Source of the DNA: Rhizodiscina lignyota
Taxonomy: Eukaryota
NCBI GenBank assembly: GCA_010015805.1
Contig: ML978131.1
Span: 496,001-560,000, forward strand
Length of the DNA stretch: 64,000 nt
Direction of reading: 5' to 3'
Positions 49,957 through 60,950 of this stretch are shown here, piece by piece; positions within the stretch are counted from its first letter, which is position 1, and every line of letters begins with the position of its first letter. Below the pieces are notes generated by a model. That model saw only the letters and a list, made by a program, of their open reading frames with translations. It had not been told where the DNA came from and searched no databases. Both the position numbers and the translations under genes were made by a program.

Positions 49957-51908
49957 ATGAACGGGACAAGTAGTGAAACTGCGAATGGCCATACCAATGG
50001 CGGCACCAACGGCAACGCTCCGCAAACCAGCGAACTCCTTCCTCAGAACACGAGCGACATTGTTGCCGGCAACTACGTCCACGAGCCTAAACCGATCCGG
50101 GTCATCTTCATTGGCGCTGGTATATCTGGTATCGCGTTTGCTTATAAGGCACGTCAACTCGAGAATGTCGAATACGTGATCTACGAGAAGAATCCAGACA
50201 TTGGCGGCACTTGGTACGAATCGAGATACCCTGGCGTCTCTTGCGATGTCCCTGCACACTGCTACACCTATACTTGGGCATCAAATCCAGACTGGTCGCG
50301 CGTATATGCCAGTGGAGAAGAGATACGGGAGTTCTATAAGAAGCTGGCAGGGGAATATGGCGTTTATGAGACGGCCAAGTTCAAGCACAAGGTGATTGGA
50401 GCGCAGTGGGACGAGGGCACTGATGAGTGGAAAGTCGAAGTGGAGGACCTAGAGACTGGCAAGAAATTTGTGGATGTTGCAAAGGTGTTGATTAATGGCG
50501 GGGGGCCGCTCAAGTGAGTGCGGGACTGCTTCGTATCACGATACGAAATGTGTGCTCACTAATCGTAGCAACTGGAAATGGCCGGACATCCAAGGCCTGC
50601 ATGATTTTCAGGGCAAGTTGCTACACATGGCGCAATGGGACGATTCTGTCGACTTGAAAGACAAAAGAGTCGCAGTCATTGGATCTGGGGCTTCCGGAAT
50701 CCAGATTGTTCCTGCCATTCAACCAGGTAGGTTGTTTCATGTAGTTGTGTATGTCCTGTCAACACCAGCTGATGTAGTCAATTTGGACTGTAGTTGTGAG
50801 CAAACTGATATCCTTCAATCGTTCTCCCACTTGGGTCGCGCCTGAGTTCGCGGGCCAATTCGCAGCTAACGGACGAAACACGGTCTACTCCAAAGAGCAG
50901 CGACAGAGATTTCGAAGCGACCCTACATACTTCAGGAATTATCGCAGAGAGATCGAGCACGGCATGAGCGCGAGATTTCCGGCCTTTTACAAATATTCCA
51001 AGGCTCAGAAAATTGGCCGGCAAATGGTTGCAGAGACTATGCGAAAGAGACTGAAGGAAGATCCTGACCTCGTCGAGAAGTTGGTTCCCAAGTTCGAACT
51101 CGGCTGTAGACGGTAAGCATGGAACTTGCTGCACGACCTGAAAGGCGATACTAATAGTCTCTACAGTGTAACGCCAGGTCATGGATATTTAGAGGCCCTC
51201 ACTGAGCCGAATGCAAAGGTAGTAGCCAGTGGCATACAAGAGGTCGTATCCAATGGCATTATTAGTCGTGATGGAGAGCTCCACGAAGTCGATGTGATCA
51301 TAACAGCAACAGGATACGAGACTTCGTACGTTCCGCGATTCCCTATCATTGGGCTGCAACAGCAGAACCTGCAGGACAAATGGAGGAAAGAAGGTGCTGC
51401 TGCATATCTCTCTTGCGCCGCGCCAGGCTTTCCAAACTATTTCCTCACGCTAGGCCCGAACGCTCCGATCAGTAACGGCTCGCTTGTTGCAGCGATGGAA
51501 CGCCAAGTTGATTTTGCGCTCTCTTTTGTAAAGAAGATACAGACTGAAGACATCACATCGGCAGTCGTGAGTCCAGAAGCAGCGGCCGAATTTGATGAAT
51601 GGAAGAACGATGTCATGAAGGGCATGACCTGGAGTGGTAGTTGTACTAGTTGGTACAAGAACGGAACACAAGATGGCAAGGTGATCGGTAAGTCTCCATT
51701 TCAAAAGACTACGTGGGACAACGCTTTCTGACGATTACGATCAGGGCCATGGCCGGGCTCAGTCAACCACTTCATAGAGATCATGAAGAGGACGCGTTTC
51801 GAGGACTTCAACTACAAATACAAGACTAGGAACCGGTTCAGGTACTTCGGTGATGGCAGGTCGCCAGTGGAGGCAAAAGGAGAGCCTTTGGGATGGTATA
51901 TGGAGTAA
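49957..51908 (+). CDS. Baeyer-Villiger-type flavin monooxygenase (class B)
   Basis: GAGISG, GGTWYESRYPGVSCDVP, BVMO fingerprint FQGKLLHMAQW, second Rossmann GSGASG, ATGY and CTSWYK. Four introns. Confidence 0.93.
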
Positions 51909-51999
51909 TCTACGTACCTTTTTTAACTGCGATACAAAATTTTGAAGTCTGAAATCGCTTGTCGCGTATCTTAATCTAATTACTCTATATGCCCGAGGT

Positions 52000-53405
52000 T
52001 TAGAAATTCTCCGCGTCGTGGCCAAACAACCATTCTCTTCTCGCTTTGTAGCCCCAAAATATCGGATTCTTTTCGTCATCTTTGGTGATCCACGCATCTC
52101 TGTCTTGCTGTTCTTTCCCGTCCGACAGATGATAAGCGTCCTGTAACTTCCTTCCAGCCTTCTGGACTACAGACGCGCGCGGTTGCCGGATCTTCTGATA
52201 TCTCTGTAGAGCTGCTGGGAGATTCTGTTTGGTTGCCGTTTGAAATATCTTTCGCAGTACAGCCGCATCTTCACAGGCCATTGCGGCTCCGGAAGCCATG
52301 TACGGCAGCATGGGATGCACTGCATCGCCGAGCAGAGCAGCTTTGCCAGACGGATGCACCCAGTGGTCGACGAGATCAAGATCGAATAATCTCCATTTGA
52401 GGAAGTCCTGCATGAAATCTCAGTATATGCAAGGAATTAGTATGAGAAAGGCCGAAATACCTTGCCCGCGAGGCTCACGATTTTCCTCACTCTTGGCTCC
52501 CAACCTGCGAACCTCCGAACCAATTCTTCATTGTCCGAAATGACGAGCTTTGTCTCATCTCCGACGAACTTCTGGTCCCGCATTGAGCGCGCAGAGCAAC
52601 AACATATAACGTTGTAGATCTCTCCGCCGCGTATTGGGTACCCAATGACATGCGCATCCGGTCCGCACCAGGAAGTTACCCATGGTTGGGAAAGGAGGTC
52701 TCTCAATTCCGGATCTGCAAGGACGTCCTGCCCTGGGATAAGAATACGGTAAGATATGTCTCCAGTATCGATTGGAGGGAGCTCGTGGCCTTGAAAAAGT
52801 GTACGAGCTTTGCTCTGCACGCCTGCTTCGCCGTCAGAAATGGGGCTGTATGTCTCTTCTGTACAAGGCGCCTCACCATCTGCGACGATAATGACGTCCC
52901 CTTCAACTCTCTCCCCCGTTTGCAAAGTCACTGCTGGCGCATCGAAGTCATACTCGTCCACTCTGCTACTCTTCCGTATTTCAACGCCGAGATCAAATGC
53001 CCTCTGCAACAACACAGCATGGTAATCGGCCCGATGCACCATTAGATAACAGCCACCAAAGTCCCATTCCGGAATACCATGCGGCATGTTCGCCAGTGTC
53101 TCGCCGCTGTCAAATCTTAAGAAGCGATTGCCATTTGAATATGTCTTCTTCATGTACGTCAAATCAATGCCCCATCGATACAGGATTTTGAAGCTGTTTG
53201 GCGGAATACGTAGTCCCGCACCAACTTCACCAAAGGTTGGAGACTGTTCAAGAATGAGGACCTTGTGGCCGTCGAGACGAAGTCCGATCGCGACTAGCAG
53301 ACCACCGATTCCCGCGCCTACGACGAGAACATTGAGTTTATCGCCAGGACTCTTCTCATCATGGCCATTCACGTAATCACCATTGGTTTCAAGCTTTTGG
53401 ACCAT
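52000..53405 (-). CDS. FAD-dependent monooxygenase, salicylate hydroxylase-like (class A)
   Basis: GAGIGG, GEVGAGL, VHRAD, IVADG and LLGDAVHPMLPYMASGAAMACEDA. Two introns. First ATG is at 53405. Confidence 0.9.
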
Positions 53406-54319
53406 CGCTGCACCACTGAATTCTGACAATACGAAAGAAATATTTGAGATGGGATTACTGGACGATGAAAGAATAGGACGAAGCTACAAGGTGTATGTAG
53501 AGTAATCTGAACATAACCGCGAACATATTGATACGCACTAAATCTTACACATCTCAATGAGACGCGCGCTCACATGACAACGGAGGAATAAAATCGAATT
53601 GCGCCATTCCTACGGTATTCTCGGACCCGTCATGAGAAGTAAAGCTGGCGATTCCGTAAATGGAATCGCCGGTCGAGAGAGCAGTGAGCTCCTTTGAAGC
53701 GAAGCGATCCCGCAGTAGGCTAAAGCACTGAAGGTGGGTCTGCGCCGAACCGTGATGAACAGCTCGAACAAGAAAGATCGATTTGATCCATCTGTCGACA
53801 CGAGGCCGGACCGCTATCCCAGAGCTGTCGCGACTAGCCCATTATCATACCATTTTGCAGTGGAGTGGCGAGACAAGGCTCCTTTCAAGTTTGGACCTGT
53901 TTCGCATTTCTGAATTCGAGGTCAATGTACCCCATTGATCTCCGCGTATGAGACGCTTGACTATATTAATAATATATAGATGGTCATAAGCGTTGAACAC
54001 TCTCTGAAGTCAGCCATCTCCGATTGCCTAAACAGGTTTAGCAGCTCCCGAAACGTGATCTCGATGCGTCTTGCTCAAAAGACCCACATGCGTTAAATCC
54101 ATTCTGAGAGTGTTCTCTCTAAGTCTGATCAAAGTTAAAGATGCATATGTAAAGCACGCGGAATACGTACAGGTATGTATCTTATTTGGTTAGTGGAAGG
54201 TTCTCGTGATCACGCGTCGTTACGCGCTTCGTAAATCAGAATAGGGAAAGCGCGCGTTCTCCGCAGAGCTTAGAGCTTTCTTTCTTCATCCAACAACCAT
54301 CAATCACCGCCCCGCAATA

Positions 54320-54565
54320 ATGGCTCGCAGGCTCCACTTCTTCGACCTCCCTCGGGAGATGCGCGATATGGTCTACACCTACATAGTGACTCCCTCGCAG
54401 TTATCACTTCTTACGATGGCTAGATTCGGCACTTGCCTCTTGAGTTCTAATGCAAGGAGCAGGATATTCGACATATCAGGAGAATACTGGAGCGTGAGAG
54501 ACAAGATGTCAGACACCTTTTATTATGGAGGTCGGACGTCTCACGTGATATGGAATACCTCTTAG
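54320..54565 (+). pseudogene. Truncated F-box-like gene remnant
   Basis: Good ATG context, then FFDLPREMRDMVYTY (fungal F-box-like LPxExRxxIY). The ORF stops after 81 aa with no clear spliced continuation. Confidence 0.45.
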
Positions 54566-54726
54566 AGAGTGTCATGACACCGGTTGTGACAGCCGCGGGG
54601 TTCAAGCCTAAAGTCCTGAAAGGCATCCACGTTTATGACGATACTGGCGCAATGGTCTTTGGGGGAGCAGATGAGGTATATGTAGAATAACGGGATATAT
54701 GGATTCACGGGCATGGTAAAACGAAT

Positions 54727-54888
54727 CTCTGTAGGGGTGGGTGGTGTACCCCCTTTAGCGCTAGGGCACACCCGGCCTCGGTACAGAAGTACCCTCTAGC
54801 TTAGGTACTGAAGTACCCAGATCACGGGGCACCCTGCACCCAACCCCATCCAGAGCTCGGTGTCCTAACCCCCCGGAGCTTAGGTACT
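54727..54888. repeat. Structured repeat element: imperfect inverted arms enclosing tandem hairpins
   Basis: Arms at 54727-54752 and 54826-54855 are imperfectly complementary. GGTAC(A/T)GAAGTACCC occurs at 54780 and 54804, and AGCTTAGGTACT at 54798 and 54877. Confidence 0.6.
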
Positions 54889-55122
54889 AAAACTGGGAAT
54901 GCCAGAGTGCTAATGGGGATAAACACGCGAACCACGGGAGAATGGTGCTAGCGCCTGAACAGACTCTGCTCCATATCGAACAGGCTTGAAGCCATTGATG
55001 TAATTGTGCAGGGAAATGGCATGCGACAGTTGCGATACTTAAAGAATTTCATTTCCTGTATAACCGTGACTTGATGTCAATCAAGGTGGTGGCAGCATTA
55101 CGAGCGAGATTCGAGATGTAAG

Positions 55123-55188
55123 AATCTCCGTCGTAGCGAAGGTTGCTGCTTAATCTGTCAGCTTCGGTCGTTCAGGACGACGGAGATT
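55123..55188. repeat. Inverted repeat / hairpin with perfect 12-bp stem
   Basis: AATCTCCGTCGT (55123-55134) pairs with ACGACGGAGATT (55177-55188). Confidence 0.65.
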
Positions 55189-56208
55189 GAAACATACAGC
55201 TCAACTTACGCAAAGGCTAGTAGTTTAGGAGCGTACACGCCTACTATCTGCCTCACCAAAGTATTCGCCGCAAGATACTGGGCCTGCTGCACATTTGATT
55301 GGCCAAACGCATGGTATGGTCGTGCTGAGTTCAGGCCAACTTCGAGACGCGCTGAAGTGTAAGCTCACAGCCAAGCTCTTCTGAAGGAATCACTTCCAGG
55401 TTACCGCCGCGCGTCGCTCTCATATGCTTTCGAAGCATCTTGTATCTCGTTTCACAGTTGGCATCGCGAGTTTGTAAGCGTGCCAAAGGGCGGAAAGTGC
55501 CCACGTTCATTGGTCACCTGGGTATACAGAGTAAAACAACGAGACGGAGCTCTGTTGTGAATGATAAGAGATGCATCTAAAGGAGCAAAAGCCCAAATTA
55601 ATGATTCCATAGCACCTTCTGCATCTTAACTGACGAGCCAAGAAGAAATATATTGGTGGACGAAGCTAATCCCCTTCAGGCTTCGTCACATCGATGATTG
55701 ACGATCAGGCATCGGACTCCGCGCTGTCTCAGATTCCGCGAGCGGAACATCCAACAACCTGCTCACCAAGCCTTCCTCTCACCAATCACTCATCAGTCAA
55801 TGCCATCAGCATTTCCGGGGCACGTTGCCCACGCTATTTCGCGTCTGCCAGCTGCCGACCTCACTTGACGATGGCCAAAATGAGGCATCTGTGCAATGCA
55901 AATGCGTCCGACATCTGCCGATAGCTGTCCCACACCCCTCAACGGGCAAGACCTGGGGATCTACCCCGCCGATGCCCTGAAGCAGCTGCGTTTCCGGGCT
56001 AGCTAATCTGGCTGGGTGGCTTAAGAAGGCGCGCGTGTTGCGTTCGCGAGTACGTACTGCCTCTATGCGAGATTGATGCGGGTAAGTGATCTCGGGAAGT
56101 CGCGCTGCTGTCACTTTTGTTATTCAAATAAGCCACTTGGCTGCACCTCTGAAGATGCATCTCTCTCATTCAATTCAATCTTCCATACGCGCTCAGTAAT
56201 CACTCACA

Positions 56209-57724
56209 ATGGCGTCGGACGCAGTCAATGGCGGTGCTCATTTCACCGTACCTCTTATCATCAATGGCAAAGAAGTCATCACCTCCACCACCTTCCCCGT
56301 AATCAGCCCCTCGAGCAAGAAAGAAATATGGAGCAGTTCCTCCGCCGGCAAAGAAGAAGCAATTGCAGCTATCGAAGCTGCTGAAGCGGCCTTTCCATCA
56401 TGGAGCCGTACGAAACCTTCAGAGCGCCGCGACATCTTCCTACGCGCCGCCAACATACTTGAGAAGAGGGCCGACGAGGCGAAGCAGATCATGCAAGATG
56501 AGACGGGAGCGGTTGCCAACTTCACAGGATTCAACCTCATGACAACGGTGGAACAACTGCGCGATATTGCGGGGAGGATTGTTGTCAGCTTGAGCGGAAC
56601 TATCCCAGTTTCTCAGACTGAAGGGACAAGCGCTCTTATTTTGAAGGAGCCATTTGGAGTGATTTTTAGCATTGCGCCATGGTAAGATAAGGGATATTTT
56701 GACGGCAGAGCAATTGCTGATTCTCGCGTTTAGGAATGCTCCGTTCATCCTTGGCCAGAGAGCCATCTCCTACGCGATCGCCGTTGGAAACACAGCTGTC
56801 CTCAAGGGCAGTGAGATGTCCCCTCGATGCTTCCAATTGATCTCCCAATGCTTCCAGGAGGCCGGCCTCCCAGGAGGTGTGCTCAACGTCATATATACAC
56901 GGCCACAGGACGCAGCAGAAGTTACCAAGGCATGCATCGAGGCTCCACAGGTGAAGAAAATCACCTTCACTGGCAGCACTGCGGTTGGTAGCGTCATTGC
57001 GGAGCTCGGAGGCAAGAGTCTCAAGCCTGTGGTCATGGAGCTGGGTGGCAAGGCTAGTGCCATTGTGTGCGACGATGCAGAGCTTGACCATGCCGCATTC
57101 CAGTGCGCGCTGGGTGCCTTCATCCACAGCGGCCAGGTATGCATGTCTACGGAGCGAATTCTCGTCCACGAATCTATCCTTGAATCATTTTCCAAGGCGC
57201 TCACCAAGGCAATCAATATTTTGGGTCAAGGTGCCTCTGATAGCCCGATCCTAATCAGCCCAGTCGGTGTCAAGAAGAACCACGAGCTCATCAATGGTGC
57301 TGTCAACGGTGGTGCGAAGATTCTCCATGGAGATATCAACATCAAAGAGACCACTGATACTCGCATGCGACCAATCGTCGTTAGTGGCGTGACACCGGAG
57401 ATGGATCTCTACCACAAGGAGTCATTCGGACCGTCTGTCAGTCTCATTGCAATTTCGAGTGATGACGAGGCTGTCAAGATCGCCAATGATACCGACTACG
57501 GCCTATCCGGTGCAGTGTTTACAAAGGATCTCGTCAGAGGTCTGAGGATTGCAAAGAGCATTGAGACCGGAGCAGTTCATATCAACGGCATGAGCGTACA
57601 CGATGAGCCGAATTTGCCCCACGGCGGTGCGAAGAAGAGCGGCTTCGGCCGATTCAATGGGCAGCAGGGTATGGACGAGTTCTTGCGCACAAAGGTGGTC
57701 ACGTTCCTAGGAGTGGATCTTTGA
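56209..57724 (+). CDS. Aldehyde dehydrogenase, vanillin/salicylaldehyde dehydrogenase-like
   Basis: IAPW|NAP, FTGST, MELGGK, catalytic GQVCMSTER and ESFGP. Intron 56682-56733. Confidence 0.93.
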
Positions 57725-57844
57725 GGGAGCGGAGTCTTGGCGCTGAGGAGTTGGAGTTTGGTGGCGCTGGAAAGCCGGAGCTCAGCATGGGATGTACGAA
57801 AAGCGCACTGGAAGCGATTTTCAGGGTATCCCAATGTAAAAGTT

Positions 57845-58664
57845 TCATACTTGAGTTTCTAGATCGCTCAAATCCAGGTCTTCTCCTGCTATCCCTCTCA
57901 CGATCTTCGCAACCACATCAGGATGGTTTACGAAGGGACTATGCGCTGCATCGACCTTGTAAATCTTTTCGTGATGAGAAGCGGTCTGTTGCAGCGTCTT
58001 AACAGCGAATCCTTGATCCTTCACAGGCCAAATGTACCAGGTCGGATAGTCCTCGTATGCTGCATATGTAACCTTCGACTGCATGGCCCTGAACGAGTGC
58101 GGTCTGGCTCTTTCAACAAACGACCGTGCAATCTCAGGGTCGATGTCCGGATAGAAGACCTTCTCCATGTTCGGCACGATCCAGCTCAGTCGTCCCTTTT
58201 CGCATCATCAGATGAGTAATTGACAGAACTGAAAGGGCGAGACTTACCTCGCGCCCATACCACGGAGGCTCTGCCGCACCCGGCATGTTCGACATTACGC
58301 TCCCGCCAACAGGCAGAACGAAAGCTGCCATATACACAATTCCCACTACGCACCCCTCCCGTCCCATGGCCTCGCGTTCCTTGCGCGTGAAGCCCTTCGA
58401 AGCCTCCCCAGCGATAAGTCCCCCGAATGAGTGCGCAAGAAGCAAGACATCCCGACTTCGTTCAATCTCGTTGAGAATCTCATACCGCACCAACGCGACG
58501 TCTGCGTCGAAGGATTGCGTCGGCACCTCGCTGGCTGAAGGCATTGTCTCTCCCTTGACGGTATATCCTGCCGCTTGGAGAAGTCCGATCACAGGGTTGT
58601 AGTGCTCGACGGCATGCCATGCGCCAGGGACTATGAGAATTATCGGCTTTGTCTTCGGCGCCAT
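57845..58664 (-). CDS. Alpha/beta hydrolase (Abhydrolase_6, methylesterase-like)
   Basis: IVPGAWH, nucleophile AHSFGG, acid KDQ and AHSPF (His). One intron at ~58190-58247. Confidence 0.85.
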
Positions 58665-59645
58665 GTTGACTGTGTTGAATTATCAATTCCTTCTTTGTTT
58701 ATGATTTGCCGATTCGAGAGAGATCTAGAGCGGAGGAGTAATGATGGATGAATACAACTCCCAATCAACAACGAAGTCCAGCCACTATCACCGCAGCTCT
58801 TTTCCTTAGCAAAAATTGAAAGCACTGGGAGTGCTTGTGGGGGGAAAATGTGAACAGCTGGGCTTTTTGGATAATTGCATTGTTGTTATCCATAATGGGT
58901 GCCTGAGTCAGCTTGAGGAGGGGAGTGAAGGCATCGGCTACATGATTCCTACGAAGTAACGCAAATCGATCATTCAGGGGAATACTCTAATCGGGGTCGG
59001 CCAACATCCGAACAGAAAGGGGAAAGCGATTATGTATGCAAAGTAAGCTTAAAGTTGGACTGAAACTGGAATATGCTTAATCATACGATTGGTTAATCCT
59101 TCTTTTCTTAAAGTGCCGCAGACGAGGATATTACTGCGATGAGAGTGATGGCAGGTTCGAGTTCGGGGCACGGGTGGCGTCACGGAAATTGGGTGGACTT
59201 CGCTACGATAAACGCTTTGCCGATCACCTTTCGGAGCATACTTGTGTACAACGATACAAAATATGTAGAATATCTGAATAGAACTACAACGAAGACGCCA
59301 AGTCGCCCTGCTGCGAATTGCAACAGGTTGTTCCTATACAGTAGGGCTCATAATCGTCGAACGAATATTACGAAATCGCTGGCAAAGAGTGATATTTCGA
59401 GATGTTTGGTGAAAAAGCTCGTGGATTGAAGGGTGTAGAGGTACGAGAGAGTGGAGGGCTTTCAAGCCGACCATAATCTACTTCATACATAGAAAATAAA
59501 CTGTAGAAGCTCGGAGAACGAGCGGAGGGCCGCTCGTTGAGTGAGACTGGTACGGCCTCGCCTGACATGCGCTTAGATTGTTCAACAATAATTGTTCAAT
59601 CTGTTCCCTGTGATGCAGTGACATATCCGGACTGTGAGGAATCAT

Positions 59646-60950
59646 TCATAGACCTCTGGGGCGAAGTTCCGCTCGCTTCGCCGCACTCATAATCTCCCTG
59701 TCTCTCATCTCGCCTATTCTCTTCATAACCGATGTTTCTTCTACCCCTTCTCTCTGACTTACGGCGTCGTTCATCGGAAATACTATTAGAGCTCGGAAAC
59801 CGACTTCGATAATGCTCGCGACGCCAACCGTATCAATCATAGTCCCTTCGGATCTTCGCGCTCTTTCATGAGACGTCTCTCTTCGCACTATACTTCTTCC
59901 TCTGCTTCTGCTGTGATTCCTTTTAACGTTATGCCGGTCACTTTCACGCCGATGCCGATCATCTGGTTTGGCAGCAAATACAAGCATAGCCACCAAACCG
60001 AGCGCGGCAAGAAGCATCAACCCAGCTCCGCTCCAGGTGAAACCTGTGGCTTGGTGTCCCGCAGCAGCCGTTATGTCGAAGATCGTCTCTTCAACCCCAA
60101 CAAGAGTTCCTGTATCAGCTGCTACGGCAGCATTTACAGCCCCATGCTGCCATGCTGCGCAGACGAACGCTAGCAGTACTGCGGCAGCTGAGAATAAAGA
60201 TACAAGTAAAGCTAGACCTTTTGGAACTGGCCTCCTTGGGCGACCCGTAGGGTGTATACAGAGGAAGATCAGATAGCCAATGAGGAATGCAAAAGGAATC
60301 GACAAGAAGCAGAGTGCGGCGATACTACAACACGACCTGTGACTCTTCTACTCCGTTTCGCGTGTAAGATTCGACTTACAGTACACCTGGACGGAGCGAA
60401 TCGTGGAATTCCTGCATTTTATGCACCATACGCAGCGAATCCGATCCATTTCCCTCTTGTAGTAAGTACTGTGTAGCACCTGGGTATCGATTCCAGCCTG
60501 TCGTAGGCGTCCACATGCAGAAGCCGTAGTAACCTGTGCGGATCTGTAGAGCAATGTTATCCTCTGCTCCTTGTCTGGGAAATTTGGGCGAAGGAGGAAT
60601 CGCGCTCGATACTACTGCAGTGGACAGAAGATAGAGCTATGGTTGAGAAAGGCTGTTAGTGCATCAACGCCTCCGTTGGCTTCTCCTCGAATACAGCGGC
60701 CATACATTGTCGTGTGAAGCTGATACCGAGCACCCCGCGAGCACGTAGCCTTCTTCCGGTCAAAAAAGATTATCGCCGCGGTCAACATGGGATACACAGT
60801 ACCGAGAAATGCGATCGGAACGGCATTAAGCGCCAGCACTGCAATGGTAGCTTTCGTTACTGTGAAAATGTCAATTACTACCCCCAAAATCAGAAGCCAT
60901 AGATACGTACTAGCACGCTCTCTGCCCTGACGGCGAGCTCCATTTGTCAT
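59646..60950 (-). CDS. Fig1/SUR7-like tetraspan membrane protein (C-terminal tail apparently degenerate)
   Basis: Hand-spliced exons give VLAGCS...LYLLS...IRTGYYGFC...AAWQHGAVNAA, motifs typical of fungal Fig1-family proteins. About 4 introns. Confidence 0.65.
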
